This document shows, piece by piece, positions 24,092-38,500 of a stretch of DNA of 64,000 nucleotides (the stretch's first letter is position 1; each line of letters starts with the position of its first letter). The position numbers and the translations under genes are program-made. The notes beneath the pieces were generated by a model that was not told where the DNA came from, did no database searches, and worked only from the letters and a program-made list of their open reading frames with translations. The DNA is taken from contig MU006096.1 in the NCBI GenBank assembly GCA_010093705.1, forward strand, positions 1,262,004 through 1,326,003, in the 5' to 3' direction. Source of the DNA: Patellaria atrata CBS 101060. Lineage: Eukaryota.

Positions 24092-24808
24092 ATGCAGGGT
24101 GGGCCATTCTACGCTGTGCATGCTCGGGTCTGTGAGTATCTGTTTGTCAAGCCACAGCGATCCGAGTTTAAGGTTAACTTAACCCACAGAATGTCTCGCA
24201 TGTCACGCATATCCCAACCCCTTTTCGTAGGTTTCTATCCGAGCCACGAGGTGGAAGAGCTCGTTGTCGACAACGACCCTCTTCGGATGGACCTACCTCA
24301 ACATCAATTACGTGCATATCGTGTCTACCAGCCTTACCCGCTACATGGGACAAATGGGCTGCCAAATGCTTATTTCTCCTTGCGCAGGGCTATAAATTGT
24401 AATCCAAACGTTATTGGCTTATGCACCCCTTCCGGATCTCCCCTTTTCCGTCGCTCATTTCCACACTTAGTTGAACGACCCTCTATTTGTAACCTGCCTG
24501 CTAGGCTGATTGTACAGATGAGCACTATACTGGGGTTGCGTATGACTTCCCATAGCGTTCATTTGCAATTTGTAGAAAACCCTCTTTTATCCGAAAAGGG
24601 CATGTTTCGGGTGAATACCGTTCGAAAGCATGTTCATTACTTATCATTGAATGTGGAGTTATTTCGTTCCCTATTAGATGGCTTTCTTTGTGCCCTCATC
24701 TGTACCTGTTCAATACATTCGAGCAGGAAGATTTTTGTCAAAGATAAACGGTCTTGCCCTTTTGAAACTGTAAACAGCGGCATAGACAAGAAAATATTTG
24801 GTATATGA
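24092..24808 (+). CDS. Orphan 238-codon ORF, coding status uncertain
   Basis: ATG-initiated stop-free ORF divergent from LEA1; no recognisable motif; contains an intron-like GTGAGT...TTAAC...CAG segment. Confidence 0.2.
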   Translation: MQGGPFYAVHARVCEYLFVKPQRSEFKVNLTHRMSRMSRISQPLFVGFYPSHEVEELVVDNDPLRMDLPQHQLRAYRVYQPYPLHGTNGLPNAYFSLRRAINCNPNVIGLCTPSGSPLFRRSFPHLVERPSICNLPARLIVQMSTILGLRMTSHSVHLQFVENPLLSEKGMFRVNTVRKHVHYLSLNVELFRSLLDGFLCALICTCSIHSSRKIFVKDKRSCPFETVNSGIDKKIFGI

Positions 24809-26599
24809 TCCCGCAGTCTACATAGTGAGGTTATCATTACTTCCCAGGACAGAAGAACTATCAGATGTTGTCATTGATAAGGTGAGAAGAGAGACGAGTT
24901 TCTGCCAGTCATCAAAGAGAATGATAATTGTTCGAATTCTTTCAGTTTATTGTAATTATTCTACCCCTGATATCTGCTCCTTTACAGCTCCGCGAAGAAC
25001 ATCACAGTAGGTAAGGTACATTACAAGAGTTTTCATTTCACGTTCAATTTCGGTCTAGTTGAGAAAGCAATTGCCTTCAGGAAACATAAGAGCTTTGTCA
25101 CAGATTGAGTATAGAATAAAATAATCAGTTGTGCTAGTCGTATATTCGATCTATAATTCTTTATAGGTGCGTTCTGGGCTATATGTTCTCTTTAACAGGA
25201 GAGGAAATGCTTTGTCAAGACGGCAAAGATAATCAAAGTCATGATTTGTCACTTACAGATCGTCCTCTCAATCGTTCTATAGTCTAGATAAAGCATTGTA
25301 CTGTATTGAGGTGGTTTCCGCGTGAGCAATGTCGCATCTGATCATCCGATCCGTTGATACTACCCACCCCTTGTGGTTCAATATATTCGAACTACTGGAT
25401 GCAATACCAATACCACGGGAAGAATGATCAATGAGAATATATTTGAAACAAGGCATTCTGGTAGTGTACCTTATTCCTTAAGATCCCACGTGGTCCGTAC
25501 AAGCAAGGTGAGGTGCTTCTACAAGCCCCTTCGGCACGAGCCATAGCTAAATTCAGCCTTATAGGGCTCTCCGGGACGGGCCGAGACCGTTGCCGTTGCA
25601 AGCTGTTGACAAAGGACCCGCGACAGAGGAAGTCATGAGCGGGAGGGAGAGAGCACCCGATATCACACACGGAAGCAGCATTGCTGCCGATGTATGCGCG
25701 GTTGCAGCAGATATCCGACTCGGTGCAACACCCGACAATGCACTCCATCGAAGATCTACTTGCGGTGGACAATCCAGGTATGTTGCCACCACCGCTCCGC
25801 CCGGCATCTCGATCAAAAGTATTGACTAACAACAATATCCTACCTTACCAATGCCATCAATCATAGCAATCCTGCGAACAATCAGCGGTTATCGCTGCAC
25901 GCGCGGGTCCGCTGGATGCGGCTAGTGGCGGGCTTGGGGGTAACTCCAGCCACTCACAACCCTCACCGGGAGAAACGGAATTTCACCAGCTTGGAAGCGG
26001 CTGAGGGAAGGAATGGAGGGGGAGGGGGAGGGGTGTCACCTGCTTCTATTGTGCTAATCTCCCTGCATGCACATGTGCAGTTTTACCCGAAGGTTGTCGT
26101 TTCAACAACGCCTGCACTTTCTGCATGATGCGCACTCTGTGGGTTGCGTTAAGCGAGGCAACCCGGAAACAGTTAACGTCCTGGTATCGGGTCGTGGGGT
26201 GTCTGTGGGTACGGGGAATATGGAGTATAGTGTCTAAATTTACCTGCCTAAACTATCACTCTTGTCGTAGGCACTATCGGATCGAACAACGTCGCATCGT
26301 ATAAACTTCCCCAGCTGATTCTAACAAACTCGTTGCACGACATTCGGTAGGTTTTAAAACTGGTACGCCGTGCAATACTCTGCAGTCGTTCAACCTATCC
26401 ATATGCTCGCATACTTGAAGGCGTGGAAACGGAAACACGAGACTCGTTTCTTCACGTAGAAACTCAAAATGAATAGAATTCTGCACCGAGAAACACCGAA
26501 GCGCCTTCTATATGCTTCATATCAGAAAGGAATCCCTTCGTGGGCTTCATAGGCAAAAAACAAAGAGGGTATAGCTCCCCGTATACTCTACCCTATCTC

Positions 26600-28150
26600 C
26601 ATCCATGTTGATAGGGGAGGTGTGGATCCGGACGACCTCAGCAGGCCATTTACTGGGAGATTGGAGTTTTCAATGTAATGAAATCCGATCGTGACATTGA
26701 CGGAAGCACAGTACCAGGGCGGGGGTGATATTTGCCGACGTGGCTCGCCGGGAAGACCGATCATCAGACAAAAGAGAAACCATGCTTGACTTTGTGGCAT
26801 CTACACCCTCGCATAAACTCGCAAGACCTGAGAGGGGCGGAAGCTCGTCGGTGACGTAGGTTAAATTGCAGCTGCTCAACCGACTCACAAGTCTATGTCA
26901 TGGAGAACTGATGAGTCGGATCAGATCGGCCCGAGCGATAATGCCGATATTCAACATTGTCGATCATGACATTGCGGCTGGTTTACTCTGAATGAAGTCC
27001 TTCAGGTTTCGCTTCTGTCGCATTCAGCGTCAAGAATTCACAAGAAACGGTCTCCTTGGTGAAACAGATGATCCTAGTGACCCGTCCAACCGCGCTCGTA
27101 TAAGGCATTTGCAGGACGTGAGGATGAATGTAGACTGTATCACTTGAAATCTGATCTTATGACTGGAAACAGGCATGACGTGGTGGGATACCTCAAGCCA
27201 GGCCTATTCAGGAACAAATTCTCTTGGCTACTAGAAGCTCCGACGACGCCGATGGTGCAGAATGAATATTCGTAGTATTGAGTCATCAACGTGGCCTCTC
27301 TACCCTAGGCATCTCTACAGATCCACCCAGGGTTTTAGGTTGAAGTATACATATCGAATCGACGGTACTTTGAGCTCTCTCGTCAGAATGATGGCATGTT
27401 GGGATTTTTTGGGGAAAGCTCGTCAAGGTGTCTGCAATCGTAGACGTGCCTCTGGATCGACGTGCGTTCACTACATCTCGAATATTGCCCCAGCAATAAC
27501 TGAGAGTCATGTACTGAGCTGTATCACGTGCCTCGTACGTAATATCAGCGGAGTGTACGAACCTTGTGCCTAATATTTCTTGGACCAACAGCAATTAGAT
27601 GGGTGGGCAAAGTGTCGACGATTCGTGGTGGAAGACATCTATGAACAATCATCATGACCTCGAACACTCTGAATCCATGCTCTTGCGATTGTGGCGAACG
27701 AAACGACACCCTGGTTAGAATCGGTCGGACTTGAATCTGCATGGTTAGTTTGGGGCGAAAGCTGTGATCATGTTAAGACGGCATGAAGAGATACAAACGA
27801 GTCCAGTGAATATTAGTGGAAATCCACTGAGTCGCCACTGTCCAGATAAGCCCATAGTGGACAGCTGGCTGCGGCGTGTAACATCCCCCAACCCGCACGG
27901 CTAGAGCTTTACTTGACCTTCAAAGGTTGAACGTGTTGGTGGAATGAAGCAGGAAAGTGTACGATGTGACATTGTGGATAGTGTTTGTCGAAGTATGCAG
28001 CACAGGTCACATCCACCGCGGCTGAAAGTTCGAAAGCAGGAGAGTTGGCGTGGTGATCGATGATTGAGGCAGATAAGTTCCTTTCCGGTGTCCGTGCCAG
28101 GTCTGCTGTGATACTTGCACAGTTTGGCACATATGGATGCCTCTTTCAAC
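26600..28150 (-). pseudogene. Degenerate HET (heterokaryon incompatibility) domain gene
   Basis: Collinear HET-type motifs in shifting frames: GCDLCCIL, LPTHLIAVG, YMTLSYCWG (27513-27487), VDSICILQ, MTQYYEYSFCTIG, LYERGW, RIICFTKE, LTYVTDELPPLSGLA; many stops and frameshifts. Boundaries approximate. Confidence 0.8.
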
Positions 28151-31100
28151 GCTCGCCAGAGACATTGTTTATGATAAAAACTAAAGCTTTTACATTCCGC
28201 TAGTTGTGAGTAGGAATCCCAAGCTCGTAGATGAAGGAGTGTAGAGTCAGCTCTAAACCCTTGGAAGATAGGAGATCTATTCTGAAGTGCATAGGTTTCA
28301 TACTACTTCACATGTCGGGGAGGCGACGTTGAACGGAGTTGACTGGCTCTAGCTGAATATTGCTAGATCGAACTCGGATCAGACGATCGATCTCTCCAGG
28401 TTTCCAAAATCCTGCAGGCTTCTTGATATATTTTTCGAAGACATTTGAGCGACTTGATAAAGAGAAATTTACCTTCTTGATCAACACCTAGTCTACAGTA
28501 TCCCAAATATAACGTCCCTTATTCTTCTTTGTGTTTAATGTCAATGGTAGATTTCTCAACAACTACCTTATAGCTCATGTTGAAGATGTTTTTTTTGAAG
28601 TTAGCTGATTATCGACGATCGGTGGTACGTCCGTTTCGTTTTGTCCCCCCCTGGTGCTTGCGATGCCGGCTATTTGACGTCAGACGGAACTCGTCTTCTT
28701 GCGGTCCGTCGAGCCTTTTTCATGTCTAAGATAAGGGAGAGCCCAGTAATGAGCCCATGAAGCGTACTTACCTCTACTATCTATGTATGGTACAGTACCT
28801 ATACTCTTACCGTAAAGTTGAGTCGGAGACAAGGCCCAGCTACATGTAGGTGACTTATTCCCTAGGTCTTTCATATTGCCGTATGAAAGGTCTTTTATGC
28901 GCCCGCATGAGAGTTACTGTGCAGAAAGATAGTTGTAGTAATAATAACATAATAGGTAGGTGTGCTGCATTTTCGGTTTTTCGATTTGCCGAAACTGCGA
29001 TGTGGGAACATGTGGTGAAGTTGACAAGTTGGGCAGCATAAGCGAGGGCCAGAGCTTGGACCCCGCCTGAAAAGCGCCCTTGCCGATAAAGGTAATTGTC
29101 GATACCTCGGGGTAAGTGTAAGTAAGTCGAGGACCCTAAGTCCCCAATTCCCTTAATCCCAACGCGTTCTGTTTCTATTCTTCTGGAGGAATAGCCGGTA
29201 GGGTTATTGTAAGCAGGGTCCTAATGCGAATTCCCACATTTCCACGATAAAATCCTCCTAGATTTGTGGTATCCATGCCCCCTCAACTCGATGTGTCCTG
29301 TGCACTCAAGGCCCCCTTGGGCTATCCTGCCACCACTCCTCCTTAGGGTCTTCCACCCTCATATCGATAGCTATCCGTTGATCGGCCGCCTTGCGCACAC
29401 CTCTCACACATCTCACATCGAAGGGTCTACATCGTGGATTCGAAGGGTCCAAGGTCCTTGATCCCTATCGAGGGTCCTTTTTTTTTTTTTTTCCAATTGA
29501 TAGATATCATTGGTGAACTTTTCGTTTTGATCGATCTGGAAGCATCAGAAGGAGCATACTCGGCTGCAGAGCTGTGCTGGATAGCTATGGGTTAATCACA
29601 TCTGCGCCAAAAGTGCAATTGATAACGATAGTTCTATCCCACAAACCCTCATTCCTTCCCTCCTTTGCAGCTGTCTTTCCGCTCCTCCCAAACGGCCCCC
29701 GATCGATCAATGATCATTCCCGCTTCCTCTCAAACACGGTGAAAGGGAAGATCTAACAACGGAATCAACTTGGAAAATATCGATCTTTCGATCATTCGAT
29801 CCGACCATTCTGGTTGGAGAAATCGGAAGCGAAGACGTTTCGGCTTCCCCAGCATCCCTTACCCAGGGCCACGCAGCGCACGCACTCTGAAGAGGCAGCA
29901 GTCTCGCAAAATAGCAAGCAACCCGGTCTTTGCTCTGTACCGCTGTACGGCTTGTACGGCTTGTAAGGAGCTATGCTGGACATGGGGATTGATGATTGCT
30001 GGGAAGGATTTGGGGGGAAGGGTTCTTGTCTTTGCCTGTCTTTGCTCGACACGGCTACAGTACGGCTAAGGAACAGCTAAGGAAGATCAGGGTTATACCG
30101 TAGTTCAGGGTAAACAGCTGGTGGACTTTAGTTTACTTAAGACGCACTTACAGAGCGCACTACTGCGCAGATGCGTTTAAAGTGCGTTTCCTGCAGAAGA
30201 ATGCCTACCTTACGCTGCCTACCTATGCCCTTCTATTGCCCTACACACTTTGCGATTATTCCTACCGCCCACTACCGGTCCACTACTGCAGTTTTACTGC
30301 AGTTTGTGGGGACAAGGGGAGCAATGAATGGGAGAAAACAGACCACAGGGCACATCGTGCTAGACTTGCCCTCCGCTGATTTTCACGCTTTGGGATACCT
30401 CAACAGGTCTTTAACACTCCGTTTATCGTCGTCATCAGGTAACCCGCCACGTCTAAAATGGTACAAGCAGGCACCGTAGCTCTTGACACCGCTGTTACAA
30501 GCCTCTTACTAGCGTTTCGACCACAGTGCCTTCGTGTCGGTGACAATATACACCAGCATACAATCACCGTAGATGGTAGATGGTCAATTTTCCCCGCTGC
30601 CGCCGGAAAGCAGCCAACCCAAACCCAACACACTCGAACACACAAACCGAAAAAGAGATATATATCAGCCATGTTTTGCCTCCCCCTCTGCCGTGAATTC
30701 ACTTTGCATCGTAAAGCGGGAACTCGCCTTCAGACTAATACCTTTACTGGGTTGACGTCTGACTCTTCCGTCTTCCCCCCTCCCAATCCTCCACTAGAAC
30801 TACTCCACCTGACTACCTCGACGGTATCGACATATCGTTTGCTCGTTGCAGCTGGTCTCCATCAAATCGGGCCCCACTCCCACGACGATAATACACAACT
30901 AGTTTTAATTGCTAGCTTCCGGCTGCGCCAAGGAAGTAAATCGTCTGCTATCTTTGATCTTTCGGCCAGTCCTACGGTCTTGTGACATATTCGCTCCAAG
31001 AAAAACAAAGACTCGTCACCACAATCAAACCCCTTCATACATTCGCTGGGAACGAGAATCCGCCAACCGCATTTAATCGAACACCGCGCCTCTCTGCGAA

Positions 31101-31649
31101 CACTGCAGCATCACAAATCAGTATCATTGATCACTGACCTGTACGAGCCGCATCGAGCACATCCAATTCACACGGATCGCCCGATTCTACACAAACCGTT
31201 TATCCAACTTCTTCCAACTTCTTCCCCCCCGCCATCTATCGGCTTTATACATCAGTCTTACACCTTGATGTCGGTTGACCTGCGCCAAGAATTCACATAT
31301 CTTCGTTACCCGTCTCGAGTTGAATCATTCTCGAGATACCAACTTTCGATAAGACCTCGCAAAAGGAAATTTAGTAATTGGACCTGTCCTTCATTGCTTG
31401 CAAGAACTGTTTGTCTACCCTGTTCACCATTTGGAAAAAAAAACATCCAGCTAAGAGTCTATAGTGTCTGAGCAACCTCGATAGTTCTACTCTTCTTCCA
31501 GTACAACCATCTACTCTAGGCGATTGTGCCTCTCCTTGAATAACAGCTATCACGCTGGCTTGCTATCTGACGATCCGCATAAACAAACGATACGGCCGCT
31601 CCCATAGTAATTTAAGTAGTAATAATAGACTAAGTAAAAAGTCGAAATC

Positions 31650-32523
31650 ATGGAGAAAGCAATTGCTACCGCCACGATTGCAATTGTCGAAGACAAACCA
31701 ACCATGCCTCCCAGCATGTCTCCTTACCCTCCCAATGTGGATGATGAGATCCGCGTTGTTGGGCTAAACGAGTACAAGGAGGCTGCTAGGAGCTTGGCCG
31801 AAGCTTTCGCGGTTGACGACACTTGCCGCTACTTCCTCGATACACCCGATCGTGCCCACTGGACCGAGCAGCAGAAATGGGAACTTCATGTCGCAATTCT
31901 AGAGTACATAACGTATTCCCATATTCTGAAGGGCTTGGTTACCACTGTTGGGCCAAATTATGGTGCAGTCGCTCTTTGGTAAGTGAGACCTAAAAAATTT
32001 CCCAATTGGGAAGTTATAGCAGACCTGAGACATATCAGCTAACAGCCATTCAAGGATGCCACCAAATACAACCAATGACGATTGGCTTACACTTTTGCGC
32101 TCTGGTCTCTGGCGTCTTCAATATAAGCTCTCCGCAGAGGGCAAGAAGCGCTTCTTCCAGGAGTTCCTTCCGCTCCTGCACGACACTAAGCATGCCGCTC
32201 TCGGCGCACGCGAAGACGACGCGTGGTACCTGGTCTACATCGGAACCCGCCCACAGTCGCGCGGCCGCGGCTACGCGCGCAAGCTCATCGAGCAAATCAC
32301 CGCTCAAGCGGATAAGGAGGGCCGTCCCTGCTACCTCGAGAGCAGCAACGCGATCAACCCGAAGATCTATCGCAAGATGGGCTTCCAAGAGGTGCGCCGC
32401 ATCCACCTGCAGCGCGCGGAGCGCAACATCTGCCTCGACATCATGATCAGGGAGCCAGGAGCCGGGCCCCAGCCTGAACCGGAGAAGCCGGAACAGCTAG
32501 AGATCTCGGTCATGGCCACGTGA
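31650..32523 (+). CDS. GNAT-family N-acetyltransferase; exons 31650-31978, 32055-32523
   Basis: AARSLAEAF, VALW-MPP, WYLVYIGTRPQSRGRGYARKLI (acetyl-CoA motif A), CYLESSN..NPKIYRKMGF; intron 31979-32054. Confidence 0.9.
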
Positions 32524-33363
32524 TTACACATGATCACACTTTTCAGAGGGTCGAGGCCTAGGCGGTGAACCAGAGCAAGAAAGTTTGGAAAGGCACGGGT
32601 TGTACGATGGCTTTGATTAGTCGACATACCTCCGATGCATGAGTACGGCTGCTGCTGCTACACCGCTTGATCCGTGCGCGGATAGAGGGAGACATATGTG
32701 AATGTCACGATTATGACCTTAGTAATTTTTACGAGGGACGGAATTGATGATGGGTGAATATGGAAACTGGGATCTTCAAAATCCAGTTGTTTACTGCTTT
32801 GTAATGCCTCGTCTGAGATGAGCTATTTTGGTCTTCGTGTCCATTATATTTTGGGTCGGGCTGTTTGCTGCTGAATATTTTTTTTTTATCGTCTCTTACG
32901 CTGCCGATCTTGATGATTGATTGCAGTTCAAAATTATCTGCATTTAGGGTTTATGACGGTTTACAAAAATTACTTTACGAGCATTAGTTAGACGATTGAA
33001 ATGAGTTATGACTTTCTTCTTTTTGCAAAAACTTGGGAATTTTTCGTGTGTGTGTGTATGTTCCTGTAACTCTGTGGGGTATATTATCATGCATCATTTT
33101 GCTTTGATGTGGCTGCAGAAACTCAATTGCTTACTCTCTTTTTTCGGAAACGATTAGCAAGGGTGATCCTAGACATTGATATGCTGCTGCAAACACTTGA
33201 TCGATCGCCGATTGTCGAGCTGATAATATGATATCTTATGATGTATTGGTTACAAGTGACTCTACGCCGATGACAGTCTACTCCCTCAATGTTAATAGGA
33301 TACCCCTCACTCGGAATTACCGTTCGTTAGTATCTGCATATGAATTATCTCACCGACCTTCAG

Positions 33364-34325
<962 letters not shown>

Positions 34326-35545
34326 AGCGAAACTATTCTATAGAGATATGAGAGGAACTGAGGAAGACGCGACAGTGAAGGAGGTGGTGTTGAGAATTTA
34401 TTAGAAGGGACTTGTGTTGAAAGCGGGAGGGGATCTGCAGGGACTGAGGAAACCTGGTCAAAGCTCGGACTTTAAAACCGAACCACGATTTTGATATCGT
34501 CTGTATTCAGTTTGCTTCGGAATTCTTGTTCATATGTGTAAAGACGAGAAGGTCTAATGGAAGCCTTCGGGTCTCACCTAATGATCACAATGGATGAGAA
34601 CTACCGTTTAGCTGGTTGTGTGTCACTGAGGCAACCTGACCAAAATAGCCGTACTACAACTGAACTATTTGTATCTCCTGATGATGAAGATATGAAACTG
34701 TCCCTGAGTGACCTGTGCCAATCGTTCATTGTCTACACGATTGAACTAGTTTCTTGGTAAATGCACTTCAGCTAGGAGAGAGCTCACATCGGGATATCGA
34801 TAGTCAGTTCGGACTGATAGTCAGCATCCATGCCGTATCATATCACTTAAATGGTGGAATGCTACAGAACTTTTACTTCGCACGGTGAGGTGTATAGAAC
34901 GCGAACATGCTGTCAAGATGTTCGTCTCTCCTGTCAGATGCCGTACGATAATGGAGTCAGACTGTTGGTTCCTCGTGCAACCACAAATTCGCCCTTCTCC
35001 GTTACCGCCCCAGTTTCACCTTCATCTGAAAGGACGATCAGATTGAATTAGCTAAAACCTTTGTGAGAATATACCTGACTGCTATCGCTGCCGGTATCTT
35101 ATAGACAATCTAACATAATAGAGGACAGAGCTAGGGAACTACCAGTCCCAATCATGATAAATGAAGTTATTGAGAAGACTAGACAAACCATTCCTATGGG
35201 CGAACATCTTGTAGCGGCAATTGAGCAATCGTCATTTTATATTGGAACTGTGTTGTGGTTGTGATAAGGTATGAGGTTGGCGGGCAGAACCTGAAGTATT
35301 ATGCAGGAGAAGGACGGAGATCACACCGAAATTTAACCGGCAAGTTAGCAACCCCGAGCGGGACGTGTCTACGCGACTTTAAGATTATTGAGTGAACGGA
35401 CATTTGCAAAACACTGAAAACAACATACACGGGAACGATTCCAAGCCGCAACTGAACGCCCGATCCTCCTATCATCCGGTTATTGACATCTTCCTCTCCG
35501 GCTAGGCCACATGTCTTTCCTATCGATCTTGCGATAAATCAACAC

Positions 35546-38500
35546 ATGGAGGGCCCGCTGCTCTCCCCAGGGGCGAACGGGGTCCAGTCCCCAAACCCTC
35601 CAACGCCTACTATAGATCCTCAGTTAATTGTGGATCATCTAATAGGAGTTTTACATGTAACATTTGGAGCGTCAGAGCAAGACTTACAAGCTCCCGGAAG
35701 CTTGTTGTCGAAATCGAGACTCCCAGATACACTACAACGGTGCACCCGATTTGCGTTAGAGACACAACCAGCCTTGTACATACAGAAGGACGTCGTGGAG
35801 ACAAATGGAACTGTGACTTCTGGGGATGGAGCAGGTAATCATCCGGATTTGCGGTTCCCTTAACATTTGCTTACTATTATTTAGTTAACGCTCCTCATTT
35901 TTCATATACCCTCTCTTCGGAGCTCTCTTACTCGCCGACTTGCATAGCTACCTTGGTTATATTTAAAGTCACGCCGACTATCGATCCCTCCCTTCCAATC
36001 ACCTCGCAAGTACATGTTATCAATCTTCCTGGAATTAGTGCCGCAAGCACTTCTTCGGCTCAGATTCCTGGTGCTTCGCCTTCTGCGCTTATACATTCAC
36101 TCCTTCGTTTGGCTATCTCACCATATTTTGACGCATATACTAGAAATCAAGATGGGACACAGACAGGATGGTCGAAAGGGGACGTGGATGCGCGAACGGG
36201 GATCCCAAGTACTAAGAAGAAGATTGCGGAGCTCGAACTAAGTCTTCTTCATCTGCAGCAGAACATTGAGATACCGGAACTCTCCCTATCAATGCATCCT
36301 GTGATCCAATCTGCACTTGATGCTGCTGAGGCCCGCGGAGTGAGACCTTCGACGGATTTAATCCCAGCAGAATTACTAGCGGATAGTACTTTTCTGAACA
36401 ATCTTCAGTCCACGGTTAACAACTGGATCAAGTCTATCCAAACAATTACGAAGACGAGTCGGGATCCCTCAACTGGTACAGCAACCCAAGAGATCAACTT
36501 CTGGCTATCAATGGAATCTGCTTTGGAATCAATAGAAGCACAGCTACGTAGTGATGGAGTCCAACTGACTATGGAGGTGCTCCGACATGCTAAGCGTTTC
36601 CAAGCTACTGTCAGTTTTAGCGCTGACACTGGCCTAAAAGAGACTACGGACCTTGTCCAGAAGTATAATCAGCTTATGCGAGACTTCCCCTTGGATGACC
36701 TTCTTTCCGCTACATCTTTGCAGAAAATACTAGAGGCGATTGTCCAGATATTTGCCCACCTGAACAAGAAGCTCCGTATCTGTCCCTATCCCGTTCGTCG
36801 GGCGCTTCTACTTGTCGAGGCCATCTCCGGAGACCTGGATGCGCAGCTACATAAACTCCTACACGGAAGGTCTTTAATGCACCTCGACTATCAAGAATTC
36901 GAGTCGATAATGGTAATTGCGGACCGTATATGGCAGACTTGGGAGGATAATGTCAAAGAATTTACTACCGTGGCACGTGAGGCAATTCGGCGAAGAAACG
37001 AAAAACTTATCCCTATTAAGATTACTGCGCGTCACCTTCAAACTAGAAACCGTCTTTCTTACGTAAGGACTTTCCGAGCTAACCATGAGCAACTTCAGCA
37101 TACTATCATCAACGTTCTTGGGGCGGAATCTGCGCCTAGAGATTCTAAGGATGCAGCAAATGGTGGTGGTCCTATTGTAATAGAAGAGATTGGCGATGTA
37201 GATGCTGTAGAGGAAGTTGCGCAAGCTTATACGGCCCTTAAAGATGTTGATATTCTTGATGTCTCGCCTGAGGGTACTCGGATATGGGCTCAAGCAGAGG
37301 AGACTTATAATGAACGAACATCCAGAGTTGAAAATTCAATCATCGCTCGACTACGGGATCGTTTGGCGACTGCCAAAGCCGCGAACGAGATGTTTCGCGT
37401 CTTTTCTAAATTCAACGCCCTCTTTGTGAGGCCAAAGATCAGAAGCGCTATCGCCGAATACCAAGTACAGTTGATTGACAGCGTTAAGAATGATATATCT
37501 GGGCTCCACGAGAGATTCAAGCAACAATATGGCCACTCAGAGGCACATGCCATGGCTCAGTTACGGGACCTGCCTCCAGTGTCTGGCGCAATCATTTGGG
37601 TTAGACAAATTGAGCGACAACTTGATGCTTACATGGGAAAGGTGGAAGATGTCTTGGGTAGGGACTGGATTCTACACGCCGAAGGTCAGAAACTCCAAAA
37701 TGAAAGTAACATGTTTCGAAAGAAATTACAAACAAGGCCGATTTACGATGCTTGGTTGCAAGAAGTTGCGAGGAGAAATCTTTCCATCGCGGGACGACTA
37801 TTTGCTATTAATCGTAACCGTGCTGCAGGCAATTCCTTGGAACTCAATGTTAACTTTGATCCTCAGATTATTGCATTATTCAAGGAAGTAAGGAATCTCC
37901 TTTGGTTAGGCTACCAAGTCCCACATGCGGTCAACAATGTCTCGAAAGAAGCAAAACGTGTATATCCTTATGCGGTCAGTCTCATGGAAAGTGTACGGAC
38001 TTATGCGCAGACTATCCGGAATATCGATGAGATGGGTGCGGTTTCAATTCTCCTCAACGGGTATCGCAACGATGTCCAGACCTTGGTGACCAAAGGCGTC
38101 CCTTTAAAATGGGAGTCCTTTGTGCATGCTTATGACCTGCATATTAGACAGGCACCTTATTCTGGGGCAACAGAATCTGCCGTTACGGCCACCAGGACGG
38201 AGAGTAGACATGTCCAATTCGTTCGCGAGTTTGCTTCTGCAGTTTCAATTCTGCAGTCCAAGGTGGATAAACTTGCTGGAATCCACCAGACAGTTGAGCA
38301 TGCACTCAAGAACTTGGAGAGCTGCGCTTATAAGACTGAAATCTTTCGTCACGAACTAGTCAGTATTCAAGCCGCCATGGATAACCTAAATCTCGAAAAC
38401 TTTGTCAACTTGACATATTGGGTTTCCCATATCAATTCTAGGGTCGAGCAGATACTTCTCGTGCGCTTGAGACGTGCTGTTTCCGAATGGATAGACGCAT

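Noticed and set aside
34560..34750. C/D-box snoRNA-like TGATGA...CTGA motifs between IDI1 and dynein
   Set aside because: No terminal stem or rRNA-complementary guide that I could verify; such short motifs occur by chance.
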